Positions 25,529-34,429 of a DNA stretch of 64,000 bases are shown here, piece after piece. The DNA is from Solidesulfovibrio sp. DCME (lineage in GTDB: Bacteria > Desulfobacterota > Desulfovibrionia > Desulfovibrionales > Desulfovibrionaceae): NCBI RefSeq assembly GCF_049995385.1, contig NZ_CP188261.1:1311724-1375723 (forward strand), given 5' to 3'. The stretch's first letter is position 1. Every line of letters starts with the position of its first letter. The notes beneath the pieces are model-generated. The model saw only the letters and a list, made by a program, of their open reading frames with translations. It ran no database searches and had not been told where the DNA came from. Made by a program: the position numbers and the translations under genes.

Positions 25529-26752
25529 ATGACGGCGGAAAAAAAGGCCGGGCTCACCCGGCGTGACCTCATAAGGACCGTGGGCCTGGGCGGGCTGGCC
25601 GTGGCCGGGCTGGGCCTTGGCGCCGGCCAGGCCCGGGCCGCCGGCGAACCGGAAAAGGCCGCCCCCGGGCCCATGCCCAAACGCAAACTCGGCACCACCG
25701 GGCTCGAGGTCTCCATCCTCAACCTCGGCGGCATGTTCGACACCATCAACAACCAGCTCCTGCTCAAGCAGGCCCTGGCCTGGGGCGTGAATTTCTGGGA
25801 CACGGCCGAGGCCTACGGCAACGGCATGTCCGAGGAGGGCTACGGCCGGTTTTTCGCCCGCAACCCCGAGGCCCGCAAGCAGGTCATCCTCACCACCAAG
25901 CTCGTGCCCAAGGGCGGCAAGTTCGATGAGCGCCTGGACGCGGCCCTTTCCAGGCTCAAGACCGATACGGTGGATATCTTCTATGTCCACGGCATCTCGG
26001 GCATCGCCGAAATGGACGGCCAGATGCGCGACTGGGCGGCGGCCAAGAAAAAAGCCGGCAAGATCAAGTTTTTCGGCTTCAGCACCCACTCCAACATGGA
26101 GGACTGCCTGCTCGGCGCGGCCGGGCTCGACTGGATCGACGCGGTGATGCTCTCCTACAACTTCCGGCTCATGCACGAGGAGAAGATGCGCCGGGCCATG
26201 GCCGCCTGCGCCAAGGCCGGCATCGGGGTCGTGGCCATGAAGACCCAGGGCGGCGGCCCGGTCAAGACCGACAGCCAGGCCGAACTGGACATGGCCGGCC
26301 GGTTCCTGGACAAGGGCCTGACCGACAAGCAGGCCAAGCTCATGGCCGTGTGGCAAAACCCGGACATCGCCTCGGCCTGCTCCCAGATGCCCAACCTGAC
26401 GATCCTTTCGGCCAACGTGGCCGCCGCCCGCGAGGCCACGGCCCTGGCCCGGGCCGATTTCGAGGCCCTGGCCACCTTTGCCCAGGCCACCCACGGCGAC
26501 TACTGCGCCGGTTGCGCCGAGGTGTGCGCCACGGCCCTGGGCGGCGGCGCGCCCGTGGCCGAGGTCATGCGGGCCATGATGTACGCCCGCGACTACGGCG
26601 AGATCGCCCTGGCCCGCGAACTCTACGCCAGCCTGCCCGAAGCCCTGCGCCGCGACCCGGGCTCCCTCGATTTCGCCCGGGCCGAGGCCGCCTGCCCGCG
26701 CGGCTTGTCCATCGCCGCCATCGTCGGCGAGGCCGCCAGGCTGCTGGCCTGA
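25529..26752 (+). CDS. Tat-signal aldo/keto reductase with C-terminal Fe-S motif (COG1453-like)
   Basis: ATG 25529 after AAGGAGGA. Leader LTRRDLIRTVGLGGLAVAGLGLGAGQARA. AKR core motifs (WDTAEAYGNG, VDIFYVHG). The tail carries YCAGCAEVC...ACPRG. Confidence 0.8.
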   Translation: MTAEKKAGLTRRDLIRTVGLGGLAVAGLGLGAGQARAAGEPEKAAPGPMPKRKLGTTGLEVSILNLGGMFDTINNQLLLKQALAWGVNFWDTAEAYGNGMSEEGYGRFFARNPEARKQVILTTKLVPKGGKFDERLDAALSRLKTDTVDIFYVHGISGIAEMDGQMRDWAAAKKKAGKIKFFGFSTHSNMEDCLLGAAGLDWIDAVMLSYNFRLMHEEKMRRAMAACAKAGIGVVAMKTQGGGPVKTDSQAELDMAGRFLDKGLTDKQAKLMAVWQNPDIASACSQMPNLTILSANVAAAREATALARADFEALATFAQATHGDYCAGCAEVCATALGGGAPVAEVMRAMMYARDYGEIALARELYASLPEALRRDPGSLDFARAEAACPRGLSIAAIVGEAARLLA

Positions 26753-26759
26753 CCACCGG

Positions 26760-26799
26760 CCGTGGGGCGCGGCCAGGCCACGCCCCACGGCGGAATTTT
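26760..26799 (+). terminator. rho-independent terminator of the five-gene operon
   Basis: ccgtggggcg-N11-cgccccacgg forms a 10-bp stem, followed by cggaatttt. Confidence 0.6.
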
Positions 26800-26874
26800 C
26801 CCCCCGCATCGCGGCAGTGGCGCACAGCCGGCCCGGGGCGGCCGCGGGGGCCTTGTGTGGCCGCCGTCCGCTTC

Positions 26875-26926
26875 GGCCTTGGGCTGCGGCCTTGGGCTGC
26901 GGCCTTGGGCTGCGGCCTTGTGTTGC
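26875..26926. repeat. 13-nt tandem repeat x4
   Basis: ggccttgggctgc occurs three times, followed by the degenerate unit ggccttgtgttgc. A related ggccttgtgtggc lies at 26848. Confidence 0.85.
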
Positions 26927-27328
26927 GGCCGCCCGGATACTGTAGGCATCTTGGTTGCCGCTGGCGGTGACGCCCTGCCTGTCGTTTGCCCGCCCCGGTC
27001 TTGCCCGTCTGGCATTTGCCTGGTCTTTCCCGTGCGCACGGTAGCGGACAGCCTGCCGGAAGCGGGCAGGCCTGCCCGAGCGCCTTTCCCGCCTGTCCAC
27101 GAGGGCCGGCCAGCGGCGGGGCGCGGTGCATTTTCCGCCTGTGGCCGGGCTGCGCCTGGCCGGGTGCGGCGGGAATCGTGCGGGCCGTTTACACAGTATC
27201 CATTAAGTTATCGCCCGTCCGGCCGAAAAGGCTTCGCAGGCCGCCGTCACCGGGAATTTCGGAGGCCGTTATCCTGTTGTCGTTGGTGCCAAAGGTGTTG
27301 TTGTGGCCCGAGGGGCCGCGAAGGAGGC

Positions 27329-30300
27329 ATGATGCGAAGTGCTGGCATCCTTGCACGAGTTGTCCTGATCCTGTGCCTGGCCATCCTTGGCGGCGGCGTT
27401 TCCATGGCTGTCGGCGCGACCGGTCCGGAGGGCGCCGACGCGCTTGCGGCGCGGGTCGCCCTGGCCCGGCTGCCCCTGTATTTCACCGAAAACGCCGGCC
27501 AGTGGGACGCCCGGGTCCGGTTCAAGGCCCGCACCGCCAGCGGCGAACTGTTTGTCGCCGACGACCATGTCGCGCTGACCGTGCCCGAGGACCGCGCCAG
27601 TGCCCGGGCCCTTTTCCTGCGCCCCCTGGGGGCGCGGCCGCAGGCCAAGCCCCGGGCGGGCGCGGCCACCGGGGCGAAAATGCACTTCTACCAGGGCAAT
27701 GACCCGGCCAAATGGCGCACCGACGTGGCCGCCTATGACGCCGTGGTCTACGACGCCGTCTATCCGGGGATCGACCTGCGCTACCACGGCGACAACCGGC
27801 TGCTGGAATACGACTTCGTGGTCGCGCCCGGGGCCGACCCGGCGCGCATCCGCATGGGCCTTGCCGGCGCGGCGGCCGTGCGCCTCGACCCGGACGGGGC
27901 CATGATCGTGACCCTGCCCGGCGGCCGGGAACTGCGCCAGGCCGCGCCCGTGCTCTACCAGGAACGCGACGGTGTCCGGGAGCCGGTTGCCGGGGCGTTC
28001 GTCCTGGAGCAGGCCGGCGAGGAACAGGCCTTCGGCTTCCGCGTGGCCGCCTATGACCGGACGCGGCCGCTGGTCATCGACCCGACCCTAACCTATTCCA
28101 CCCTGCTTGGCGGAAGCCTCAACGACTACGCCTACGGCGTCACCACCACCGGTACGGGGGCGGCCGCCCTGGCCGTGGTGGTCGGCACGACCTACTCCAG
28201 CGACTTTCCCCAGACCCCGACCAAAACCACCACCAAGGGCGACATCTTCATCAGCGGCCTGTCCCTGGCCGCCGACAGCCTCGCCTTTTCCAATACCCTC
28301 GGCGGCAAGGACATCGACGAGGCCCGGGCCGTGGCGGTCAACGCCAGCGGCGTGTATGTGACCGGCTATACCAAATCCACGGATTTCCCCACGAGCACCG
28401 CCCTGTGGCCGGCGCTTTCGGGCACCAAGGAAGATGCCTTCGTCCTGGCCGTGGACACGGCCACGGGCAAGACCCTGCAGTTTTCCACCTATTTCGGCGG
28501 AACAGGCTCGGATTTCGGCAACGCCATCGCGCTCGATTCCTCGGGCAATGTCTATGTGGCCGGCACCTCCGCCTCCACGGACCTGCCCGTCAAAAACGCC
28601 CTGTACGCGTCCAACAGCGGCGGCAAGGACGGCTTTGTCCTCAAGCTCAACGCCGCCGGCAGCGTGGTGGCCTACGCCACCTACTTCGGTGGGGAAAAAG
28701 ACGACGAAATAAACGCCCTGGCCATTTCCAGCGCAGGCGACGCCATCGTCGGCGGATTGACCCTGTCCACCAAGCTGCCCGTGAAACACGCCATCCAGAG
28801 CACCATCGGTTCGACCACGGGCGACGGATTTTTCGCCCGCATCAACCCGACCTGTACGGAACTGGTGTACTGCTCCTACCTTGGCGGCAACGGCGTGGAC
28901 GAGGTCAACGCCATCGCCCTCGACGCCTCGGGCAATCCGGTGCTGGCCGGGTCGACCAAGTCGACCAATTTCCCCGTGAAAAACGCCATCACCTCCAGCC
29001 TGGCCGGCGGCACGGACGCGTTTTTGGCCCTGGTCGACGTTTCCGGCCGGTACCTGCGTTTCGCGACCTATTTCGGCGGCGCCGGCGAGGATGTGGCCAC
29101 GGCCGTGGCCGTGGACAAGGGCAGCGATGGCGGGCTGTCCTACCTCTATGTCGGCGGCTCGACCACCTCGGCCAACCTGCCGGCCTACAACGCCTGGTCC
29201 GCCGCGACGGCCGCTTCCGTAACCCAGAACGGCTACGGCTACCGTGGCGCCGGCGACGGCTTCGTGGCCAAGTTCGAGCCCCATGGCGCCCGGGTCGTCA
29301 ATGCGAGCTACCTCGGCGGACCGGGGCTGGACGCGGTCAATGCCCTGGCCACGCCGGCCAGCGGCACCCGCCTCGTCTTCGTTGCCGGCCAAAGCACGCC
29401 GGCCAGCACCTCCGGCGATCCCGCAACCACCCGCTTCCCCACCACGGCCGGCGTGCTGGCCACCGATCCCGCGGGGCAGGCCGACGCGTTCGTGGCCAAG
29501 ATGACCGAATCCAGCCTGTATCCCACCGACGTGCCGACCCTGAGCCTGAGCTTTCCCAGCGCCGTGCCGCTGGCCGGAACGACCGTCAACGTGAATATGA
29601 CCTATGCGGATGCGGGCACGGCCTCCAACATCAGCGCCTTCTCCACGACCATCGGCTACGATCCGGCGGTGCTGGAAGTCGCGGCGGCGGAAAAGAGTTC
29701 GGCCGCGGCCTACAGTGCCTACTCCCGGACCTGGCAGGACGACGGCAACGGCAAGTTGCGCTTCCTCATGTATGTCGACGATGCCTCGCCGACGGCCCTG
29801 ACGGCCGGCGTCGTGGCCACGGTGACCTTCCGCGTGAAATATACGGACGGCTCGACGGTGAGCCGGGTGACGAACACGCCCTCGGCCACCAATACCTCGG
29901 GCCTGGACACGCCCATAAGCGGCTTCCCGGGCGTGGTGCAGCTCACCCAGCGCTGCGGACAGCTCGGGGATTGCGATTGCAGCGGCACTGTGCAGCTGTG
30001 GGAGGTCCAGCAGTCCATTATCGCTGTCCTGGCCGGTTCGAGCAACATGTGCTTCGCCTCGAACTACACCAGCATTACCGCCGCCGACTTGCAACTGATC
30101 GCCAACAACCACCTGTTCCGCACGGCGGGGCGTGGCGTTGCGGCGGCCGGGTTGTGTCCCGCCGCCGGAGAGGCCTCGGCCAGGCTGCGGCCCGGTACGG
30201 CGCAGGTCGTCGACAACGCCTTGAAGATCCCCCTCGTGCTGGCCGGCAGCGGGGGAACCATCTCCACCATGATCGCCGACGTGGCCTACGACGCCAGCCG

Positions 30301-30610
30301 GTTCACCGGAGCCACGGTCGCGGCCGGACCGTCGGCGGCGGCGGCCGGGAAATCCGTGTCCGGCTCCGTGGTCGCGCCCGGAACACTGCGCCTGGTCGTG
30401 TTCAGCCTGGAGGACCGGCGGACCATGGCCGACGGCGAGGTCGCCCGTATCGCCCTGGTTCCGGCCTCGGGGGCAAACGGCCCGCGCGGCAGCCTCGGCA
30501 TATCGGCCTCGGCCGCCACGCCAGACGCCCAGGATATCGCCGTGGCCTCGGGCAGCTATCCCCTGCAAAACGGCCTGGGGCCGGCGCTGCAACTGTTGAT
30601 GGACCCGTAA
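27329..30610 (+). CDS. giant secreted SBBP beta-propeller-repeat protein with cohesin-like and dockerin-like C-terminal modules
   Basis: Track ORF trimmed to ATG 27329 after AAGGAGG. Signal peptide present. The N-terminal domain (LPLYFTENAGQW...) is typical of SBBP proteins. There are 7-8 repeats ending in S(T/S)DFP, STDLPVKNA and STNFPVKNA. C-terminal modules are detailed in the findings. Confidence 0.75.
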   Translation: MMRSAGILARVVLILCLAILGGGVSMAVGATGPEGADALAARVALARLPLYFTENAGQWDARVRFKARTASGELFVADDHVALTVPEDRASARALFLRPLGARPQAKPRAGAATGAKMHFYQGNDPAKWRTDVAAYDAVVYDAVYPGIDLRYHGDNRLLEYDFVVAPGADPARIRMGLAGAAAVRLDPDGAMIVTLPGGRELRQAAPVLYQERDGVREPVAGAFVLEQAGEEQAFGFRVAAYDRTRPLVIDPTLTYSTLLGGSLNDYAYGVTTTGTGAAALAVVVGTTYSSDFPQTPTKTTTKGDIFISGLSLAADSLAFSNTLGGKDIDEARAVAVNASGVYVTGYTKSTDFPTSTALWPALSGTKEDAFVLAVDTATGKTLQFSTYFGGTGSDFGNAIALDSSGNVYVAGTSASTDLPVKNALYASNSGGKDGFVLKLNAAGSVVAYATYFGGEKDDEINALAISSAGDAIVGGLTLSTKLPVKHAIQSTIGSTTGDGFFARINPTCTELVYCSYLGGNGVDEVNAIALDASGNPVLAGSTKSTNFPVKNAITSSLAGGTDAFLALVDVSGRYLRFATYFGGAGEDVATAVAVDKGSDGGLSYLYVGGSTTSANLPAYNAWSAATAASVTQNGYGYRGAGDGFVAKFEPHGARVVNASYLGGPGLDAVNALATPASGTRLVFVAGQSTPASTSGDPATTRFPTTAGVLATDPAGQADAFVAKMTESSLYPTDVPTLSLSFPSAVPLAGTTVNVNMTYADAGTASNISAFSTTIGYDPAVLEVAAAEKSSAAAYSAYSRTWQDDGNGKLRFLMYVDDASPTALTAGVVATVTFRVKYTDGSTVSRVTNTPSATNTSGLDTPISGFPGVVQLTQRCGQLGDCDCSGTVQLWEVQQSIIAVLAGSSNMCFASNYTSITAADLQLIANNHLFRTAGRGVAAAGLCPAAGEASARLRPGTAQVVDNALKIPLVLAGSGGTISTMIADVAYDASRFTGATVAAGPSAAAAGKSVSGSVVAPGTLRLVVFSLEDRRTMADGEVARIALVPASGANGPRGSLGISASAATPDAQDIAVASGSYPLQNGLGPALQLLMDP

Positions 30611-30635
30611 GGCAACCCTGCGGTCAATGGATTCA

Positions 30636-30673
30636 CCGCCGCCCCGGCCGGGTTGCCCCGGCCGGGGCGGCGG
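30636..30673. terminator. 17-bp perfect hairpin between convergent genes
   Basis: ccgccgccccggccggg-ttgc-cccggccggggcggcgg, followed by cattt on the + strand. Confidence 0.65.
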
Positions 30674-30689
30674 CATTTGGGGCGGTTGA

Positions 30690-32249
30690 TCAGCGGGCGA
30701 GGAGCGTGGAAACGATGTGGATCATGGCCTGGTTGGCCGCTGTGGCCGTGGAAACGGTGGTTGCGGCCTGGTAGCGCCGGCCGGCCGGATTGGCCTCCGT
30801 CCCGCCGGACAGCATGGGCCAGGTGGCTGTGGCGAAAAAGGATGGCGTGGCTGTGAGGTAGAGGCTGGCCGGCGCGTCGGATTCCGGGATGGTGACCACG
30901 GCGCTGGCCGCATCGGTCACGACGTTGCCGGAAAGGACCGTATCCGTGATGCCCTCGGCCATGGAAAGAGGGCCGCCGGCCAGCAGCAGGTTGCCGAGGG
31001 CCGCCTGGCCATTGGAGCCGTCCATGATTTCCAGGCCTTCCTTGGCCACCACGTTGCGCAAAAACACATTGCCCGGGCCGGCCGGCCCCCAATAGTCGGT
31101 GTCGTCCACCTCTTCGACCATGTTGCCCTCGAAGAGGTTGCGGAAGGGATAGTGGCCGTGGACCGAGAGGTCGCAGGGCGTCCAGGCCGTGGACTCGCAT
31201 TTGCGGATGGTCGAGAAGTTGTAGCCGAAGACGTTGCCGTTGGCCCCCTGGCTGACGACCATGGCGTGGCGCAGGGTGGAAAAGACGTTGTTTTGCACCA
31301 GGCAGTCCGAGGTGTGGCGGCCGAGGGTCACGCCGTAGCCTCGGCCGCCGTCGCCGTAGTCATGGGAATACTGGAAGGAACTGTCCGTCACCTCGATGGC
31401 GGCCGACGACTCGATGGAGACGTGGGCGGCCACGGTGTAGCGGCTTTCCACCCGGCGGACCCAGCAGTTGGCCGCGTACTTGAAATGGATGGTCTCGCCG
31501 CCGTCGGTGCCGGGGTCCTCGCGGGAGATGGCCAGGTCCTCGATGCCGACATGCTGGCCCAGGCGGTAGACCCGGGCCCGGGCCGACCGGGCCGTGGCGA
31601 AGCCGATGCGCAGGGGCCGGTCGAGGCTGACGGCATCGCCCGAAACGGCCGTGACCCTGACGAACTGGCCGACCACGCTCTGCGCCCAGTCCTGGTTCCA
31701 CTCGGGGTCGGTGTACATGACGGCCGCGTCGTTTTGCTGCTCGACCTCGATCCAGTCGCCCACGGCCATGGAGGCGGCGTCGGCGAGGGTTATGGCCGTG
31801 TCGCCCGTGGCGGCGTCCCTGGACAGCGCCACCCAGCTGCGGGAATTGTAGGTGGTGAAATCGAGGCAGGGATCGGATGCTCCGGCCAGGTTGAAGACGA
31901 GCTTGCTGGAGGCGGCCCCGGCGCCGCGAAGCACCAGGCCGCTTTTGAGGGAAAGGGAGCGCGTGATCCGGTAGGTTCCGGCCGGCACGGACAGGACGCC
32001 CGGGCTGGCCAGGGCGGCCATGGCGCTTTCGAAGGCGGCGGTGTCGTCGGTTGTGCCGTCGCCGGTAGCGCCGAAATCGCGCACGGACAGGGTCTGGACG
32101 GGATCGGGCGGCGTGGTGCGCAGCCCGGCCCGGTCCCAGGCGGCGGCCGTATCGGCAAAGGCCGCGGCGGTGGCGGGAAGCCGCAAGGCGCCCAGGCACA
32201 GGCCGGCCAGCAGGAATAGCACGAGGGGGAATCGGGAAGTGCCACGCAT
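30690..32249 (-). CDS. secreted right-handed beta-helix protein (pectate-lyase-superfamily / glycoside-hydrolase-like)
   Basis: Signal peptide MRGTSRFPLVLFLLAGLCLGALRLPATAAA. The VRDFGATGDGTTDDTAAF motif is typical of the pectate_lyase_3 N-terminus. Repetitive beta-helix-like segments follow. Confidence 0.7.
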   Translation of the reverse strand: MRGTSRFPLVLFLLAGLCLGALRLPATAAAFADTAAAWDRAGLRTTPPDPVQTLSVRDFGATGDGTTDDTAAFESAMAALASPGVLSVPAGTYRITRSLSLKSGLVLRGAGAASSKLVFNLAGASDPCLDFTTYNSRSWVALSRDAATGDTAITLADAASMAVGDWIEVEQQNDAAVMYTDPEWNQDWAQSVVGQFVRVTAVSGDAVSLDRPLRIGFATARSARARVYRLGQHVGIEDLAISREDPGTDGGETIHFKYAANCWVRRVESRYTVAAHVSIESSAAIEVTDSSFQYSHDYGDGGRGYGVTLGRHTSDCLVQNNVFSTLRHAMVVSQGANGNVFGYNFSTIRKCESTAWTPCDLSVHGHYPFRNLFEGNMVEEVDDTDYWGPAGPGNVFLRNVVAKEGLEIMDGSNGQAALGNLLLAGGPLSMAEGITDTVLSGNVVTDAASAVVTIPESDAPASLYLTATPSFFATATWPMLSGGTEANPAGRRYQAATTVSTATAANQAMIHIVSTLLAR

Positions 32250-32402
32250 GATTGCCCGCGACCTTGCACGGGCGATGCCGCGGGCAACGAGTGGCTGCAG
32301 CCAATGAAATTGTTATTATTCTAGCATGTTACAGAAGTTCTCCCCCAGCTCTTCTCCTTCCCCGTCCACAATTTCTGGAACACTCCAAGAAAAATAGTTT
32401 CC

Positions 32403-32476
32403 TTCCTCCCCCGTCGAGGGGGTCCGGGGGGCATCATGCCCCCCGGCCGCCGGAGGCATCTTCTCTTCTCTTCCCA
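32403..32476 (-). repeat. dispersed double-hairpin intergenic element, copy C
   Basis: SL1 is ccccc-gtcga-ggggg (32408-32422). SL2 is a 10-bp stem at 32424-32446. Then come ccgccggaggc and atcttctcttctcttccc. It starts about 5 nt after the stop at 32482. Confidence 0.8.
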
Positions 32477-32481
32477 CCGCC

Positions 32482-33747
32482 TCATTCCCCACCTCCCCTG
32501 AGCGCCTCGATAGGGTCCATGGCGGCGGCCTTGCGGGCGGGCTTGAGGCCGAAGACCAGGGCGATGGCCAGGGCGGCGGCCAGGGACAGGACGAAGATCT
32601 TGGGCGACAGGCGCAGTTCGAGCAGCCCCAGGCGCGACAGGGATTCGCTCAGGGCCACCCCCAGCCCCACACCGCACAACGCGCCGGCCATGGTCAGGTA
32701 GAGGGCCTCGGAGAGGAACTGGGCGGTGATGGCCGCGCCGCTGGCGCCCACGGCCTTGCGCAGGCCGATTTCCACCTTGCGCTCGCTGACGCTTAAAAAC
32801 ATCAGGTTGGCCAACACGAAGCCGCCGACCGTGATGGCCACGGCCGCTGTCAGGCCCAGAAAGGCCACCAGGCCGCCGGTGAAGGCCGTGAGGAACTTCA
32901 GGATTTCGCTGGCCGAGATGATGGTGAAGTCGTCGTTTTCCGTGGGGCCGAGCTTGTGCAGGTGGCGCAGCAGGGAGCGCAGGTTGTCGCGATGGACGTC
33001 GATGAGTTCGGGGTCGTGGAATTTGATGCGAAGGCCGCGGAAGTAGTTCCGGTTCAGGTTGAAGCGCTGGGTCAGGGTCGTAATGGGCATGATGATGCGG
33101 TCGTCGATGGTGACGTCGGAGCCGCCGCCGGAAAAGCCCCGGTAGGCCAGGCGGCCGACGATCTGCACGGGCAGGTTTTTCACCAGGATGGTCTGGCCGA
33201 GCGGCGAGGCGTCGCCAAAAAGCTGCCTGGCCGGCTCGTCGCCGATAAGGGCCACCTTGGCCCCCCGGGCCACGTCCTCGGCCGACAGGTCGCGTCCCTC
33301 GGCCAGGGGCCAGTTCCAGGTCTTGGCGTAGTTTTCCGTGGCCCCGACCACCACCGGCGCTTCGTGGTTGCGGTTGCCGTATTTAAGCGTGATCTGGCGC
33401 ACGGAGCGCATGGGCAGCACGGCGTAGGCCCCGGGAAGCGATCTCGCCACGGCCCGGGCGTCGGCCCAGGTCAGGGTGTTGAAGCGCTGGCCCACGGGCC
33501 GGTTCTCGATGTCGCCGCCGATGACCATGACCGCGTCCGGCCCGAAGAAATCCACGATCTCCAGGGCCTTGCGCCGGGCGCCGTCCACCGAGGCGACAAT
33601 GACGGTCAGGGCCGCGATGCCCATGGCCACGGCGGCGATGACGAAACAGCTGCGGGCCTTGTGGGCCCACAGGGCCAGGGCGGCCATGCGCTGGATGCGC
33701 CACAGGACGCGGGCGGCGCGCCTACTCGTTGTCCACGCGGCCGTCAT
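32482..33747 (-). CDS. MacB/FtsX-type ABC transporter permease
   Basis: TM1, then a large periplasmic domain, then three C-terminal TM segments (FtsX pattern). The start is either 33747 (26-nt overlap with the ATPase gene) or ATG 33687. Confidence 0.8.
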   Translation of the reverse strand: MTAAWTTSRRAARVLWRIQRMAALALWAHKARSCFVIAAVAMGIAALTVIVASVDGARRKALEIVDFFGPDAVMVIGGDIENRPVGQRFNTLTWADARAVARSLPGAYAVLPMRSVRQITLKYGNRNHEAPVVVGATENYAKTWNWPLAEGRDLSAEDVARGAKVALIGDEPARQLFGDASPLGQTILVKNLPVQIVGRLAYRGFSGGGSDVTIDDRIIMPITTLTQRFNLNRNYFRGLRIKFHDPELIDVHRDNLRSLLRHLHKLGPTENDDFTIISASEILKFLTAFTGGLVAFLGLTAAVAITVGGFVLANLMFLSVSERKVEIGLRKAVGASGAAITAQFLSEALYLTMAGALCGVGLGVALSESLSRLGLLELRLSPKIFVLSLAAALAIALVFGLKPARKAAAMDPIEALRGGGE

Positions 33748-34429
33748 GGACGTGGATTTGCCGGCGCGCGTAGGCGGCCGTGGCCGTGTCGTGGGTGACG
33801 ACGATGACGGTCTTGCCGGCCTCGCGGTTGACGGAGGCGAGCAGTTCCATGATTTCGGCGCTGGTGGCCGAATCGAGCTGGCCGGTGGGTTCGTCGGCCA
33901 GGATCAGGTCCGGGTCGTTGATGAGCGCCCGGGCCACGGCCACGCGTTGCTGCTGGCCGCCGGAGAGCTGGGAGGGCTTGTGGCCGGCCTGGGGGGTGAG
34001 CCCGACCTTGGCCAGGAGCTCCTCGCCCCGGCGGCGCAGCCGGCCGCCCGGGGTGTCGCTGTAGAGCCCCGGCAGGAGCACGTTGTCGAGCGCCGTGGCG
34101 TAGGGGATGAGGTAGAAGCTCTGGAAGACGAAGCCGATGGCCTGGTTGCGCAGCCGCGACAGGTCGTCGTCGGACAGCGCCCCGGTGTCGCGCCCGCCCA
34201 GGCGGTAGCTGCCGGCGCTGGGGCGGTCGAGCAGGCCAAGGATGTGGAGCAGGGTGGATTTGCCCGAGCCCGACGGGCCCATGACGGCCACGAACTCACC
34301 GGCGCCGATGGCCAGACTGACCCCGTCCAGCACGGTGTGCCGGGCCTCGCCCATGACATAGGTCCGTGTGACGTCGGCCAGTTCGATCAGCGGCCCGTCG
34401 GCGGAGCGGCTCTGGCGGGGCAGCGTCAT
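33722..34429 (-). CDS. ABC transporter ATP-binding protein (MacB-type)
   Basis: Track ORF trimmed to ATG 34429, which forms an ATGA overlap with the adaptor gene. Walker [10 protein letters not shown], signature LSGGQQQRV, Walker B ILADEPTG. Confidence 0.9.
   Translation of the reverse strand: MTLPRQSRSADGPLIELADVTRTYVMGEARHTVLDGVSLAIGAGEFVAVMGPSGSGKSTLLHILGLLDRPSAGSYRLGGRDTGALSDDDLSRLRNQAIGFVFQSFYLIPYATALDNVLLPGLYSDTPGGRLRRRGEELLAKVGLTPQAGHKPSQLSGGQQQRVAVARALINDPDLILADEPTGQLDSATSAEIMELLASVNREAGKTVIVVTHDTATAAYARRQIHVHDGRVDNE

Noticed and set aside
26762-27328. 5' extensions of track ORFs upstream of RBS-supported starts, for example the SBBP gene from 26762. The same applies to 11831..13093, 16305..17354, 37270..38379, 41346..42659, 47418..49082 and 21701..23677.
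   Set aside because: The extensions translate to Arg/Pro/Gly-rich junk and cross terminators or neighbouring genes. Internal ATG/GTG codons with Shine-Dalgarno sequences give N-termini that match the expected family or signal-peptide starts.
29580-30560. Cohesin-like and dockerin-like modules considered as evidence of a cellulosome.
   Set aside because: There is only a single protein. No scaffoldin with multiple cohesins and no dockerin-bearing glycoside hydrolases lie nearby. Non-cellulosomal cohesin and dockerin modules are known to exist.
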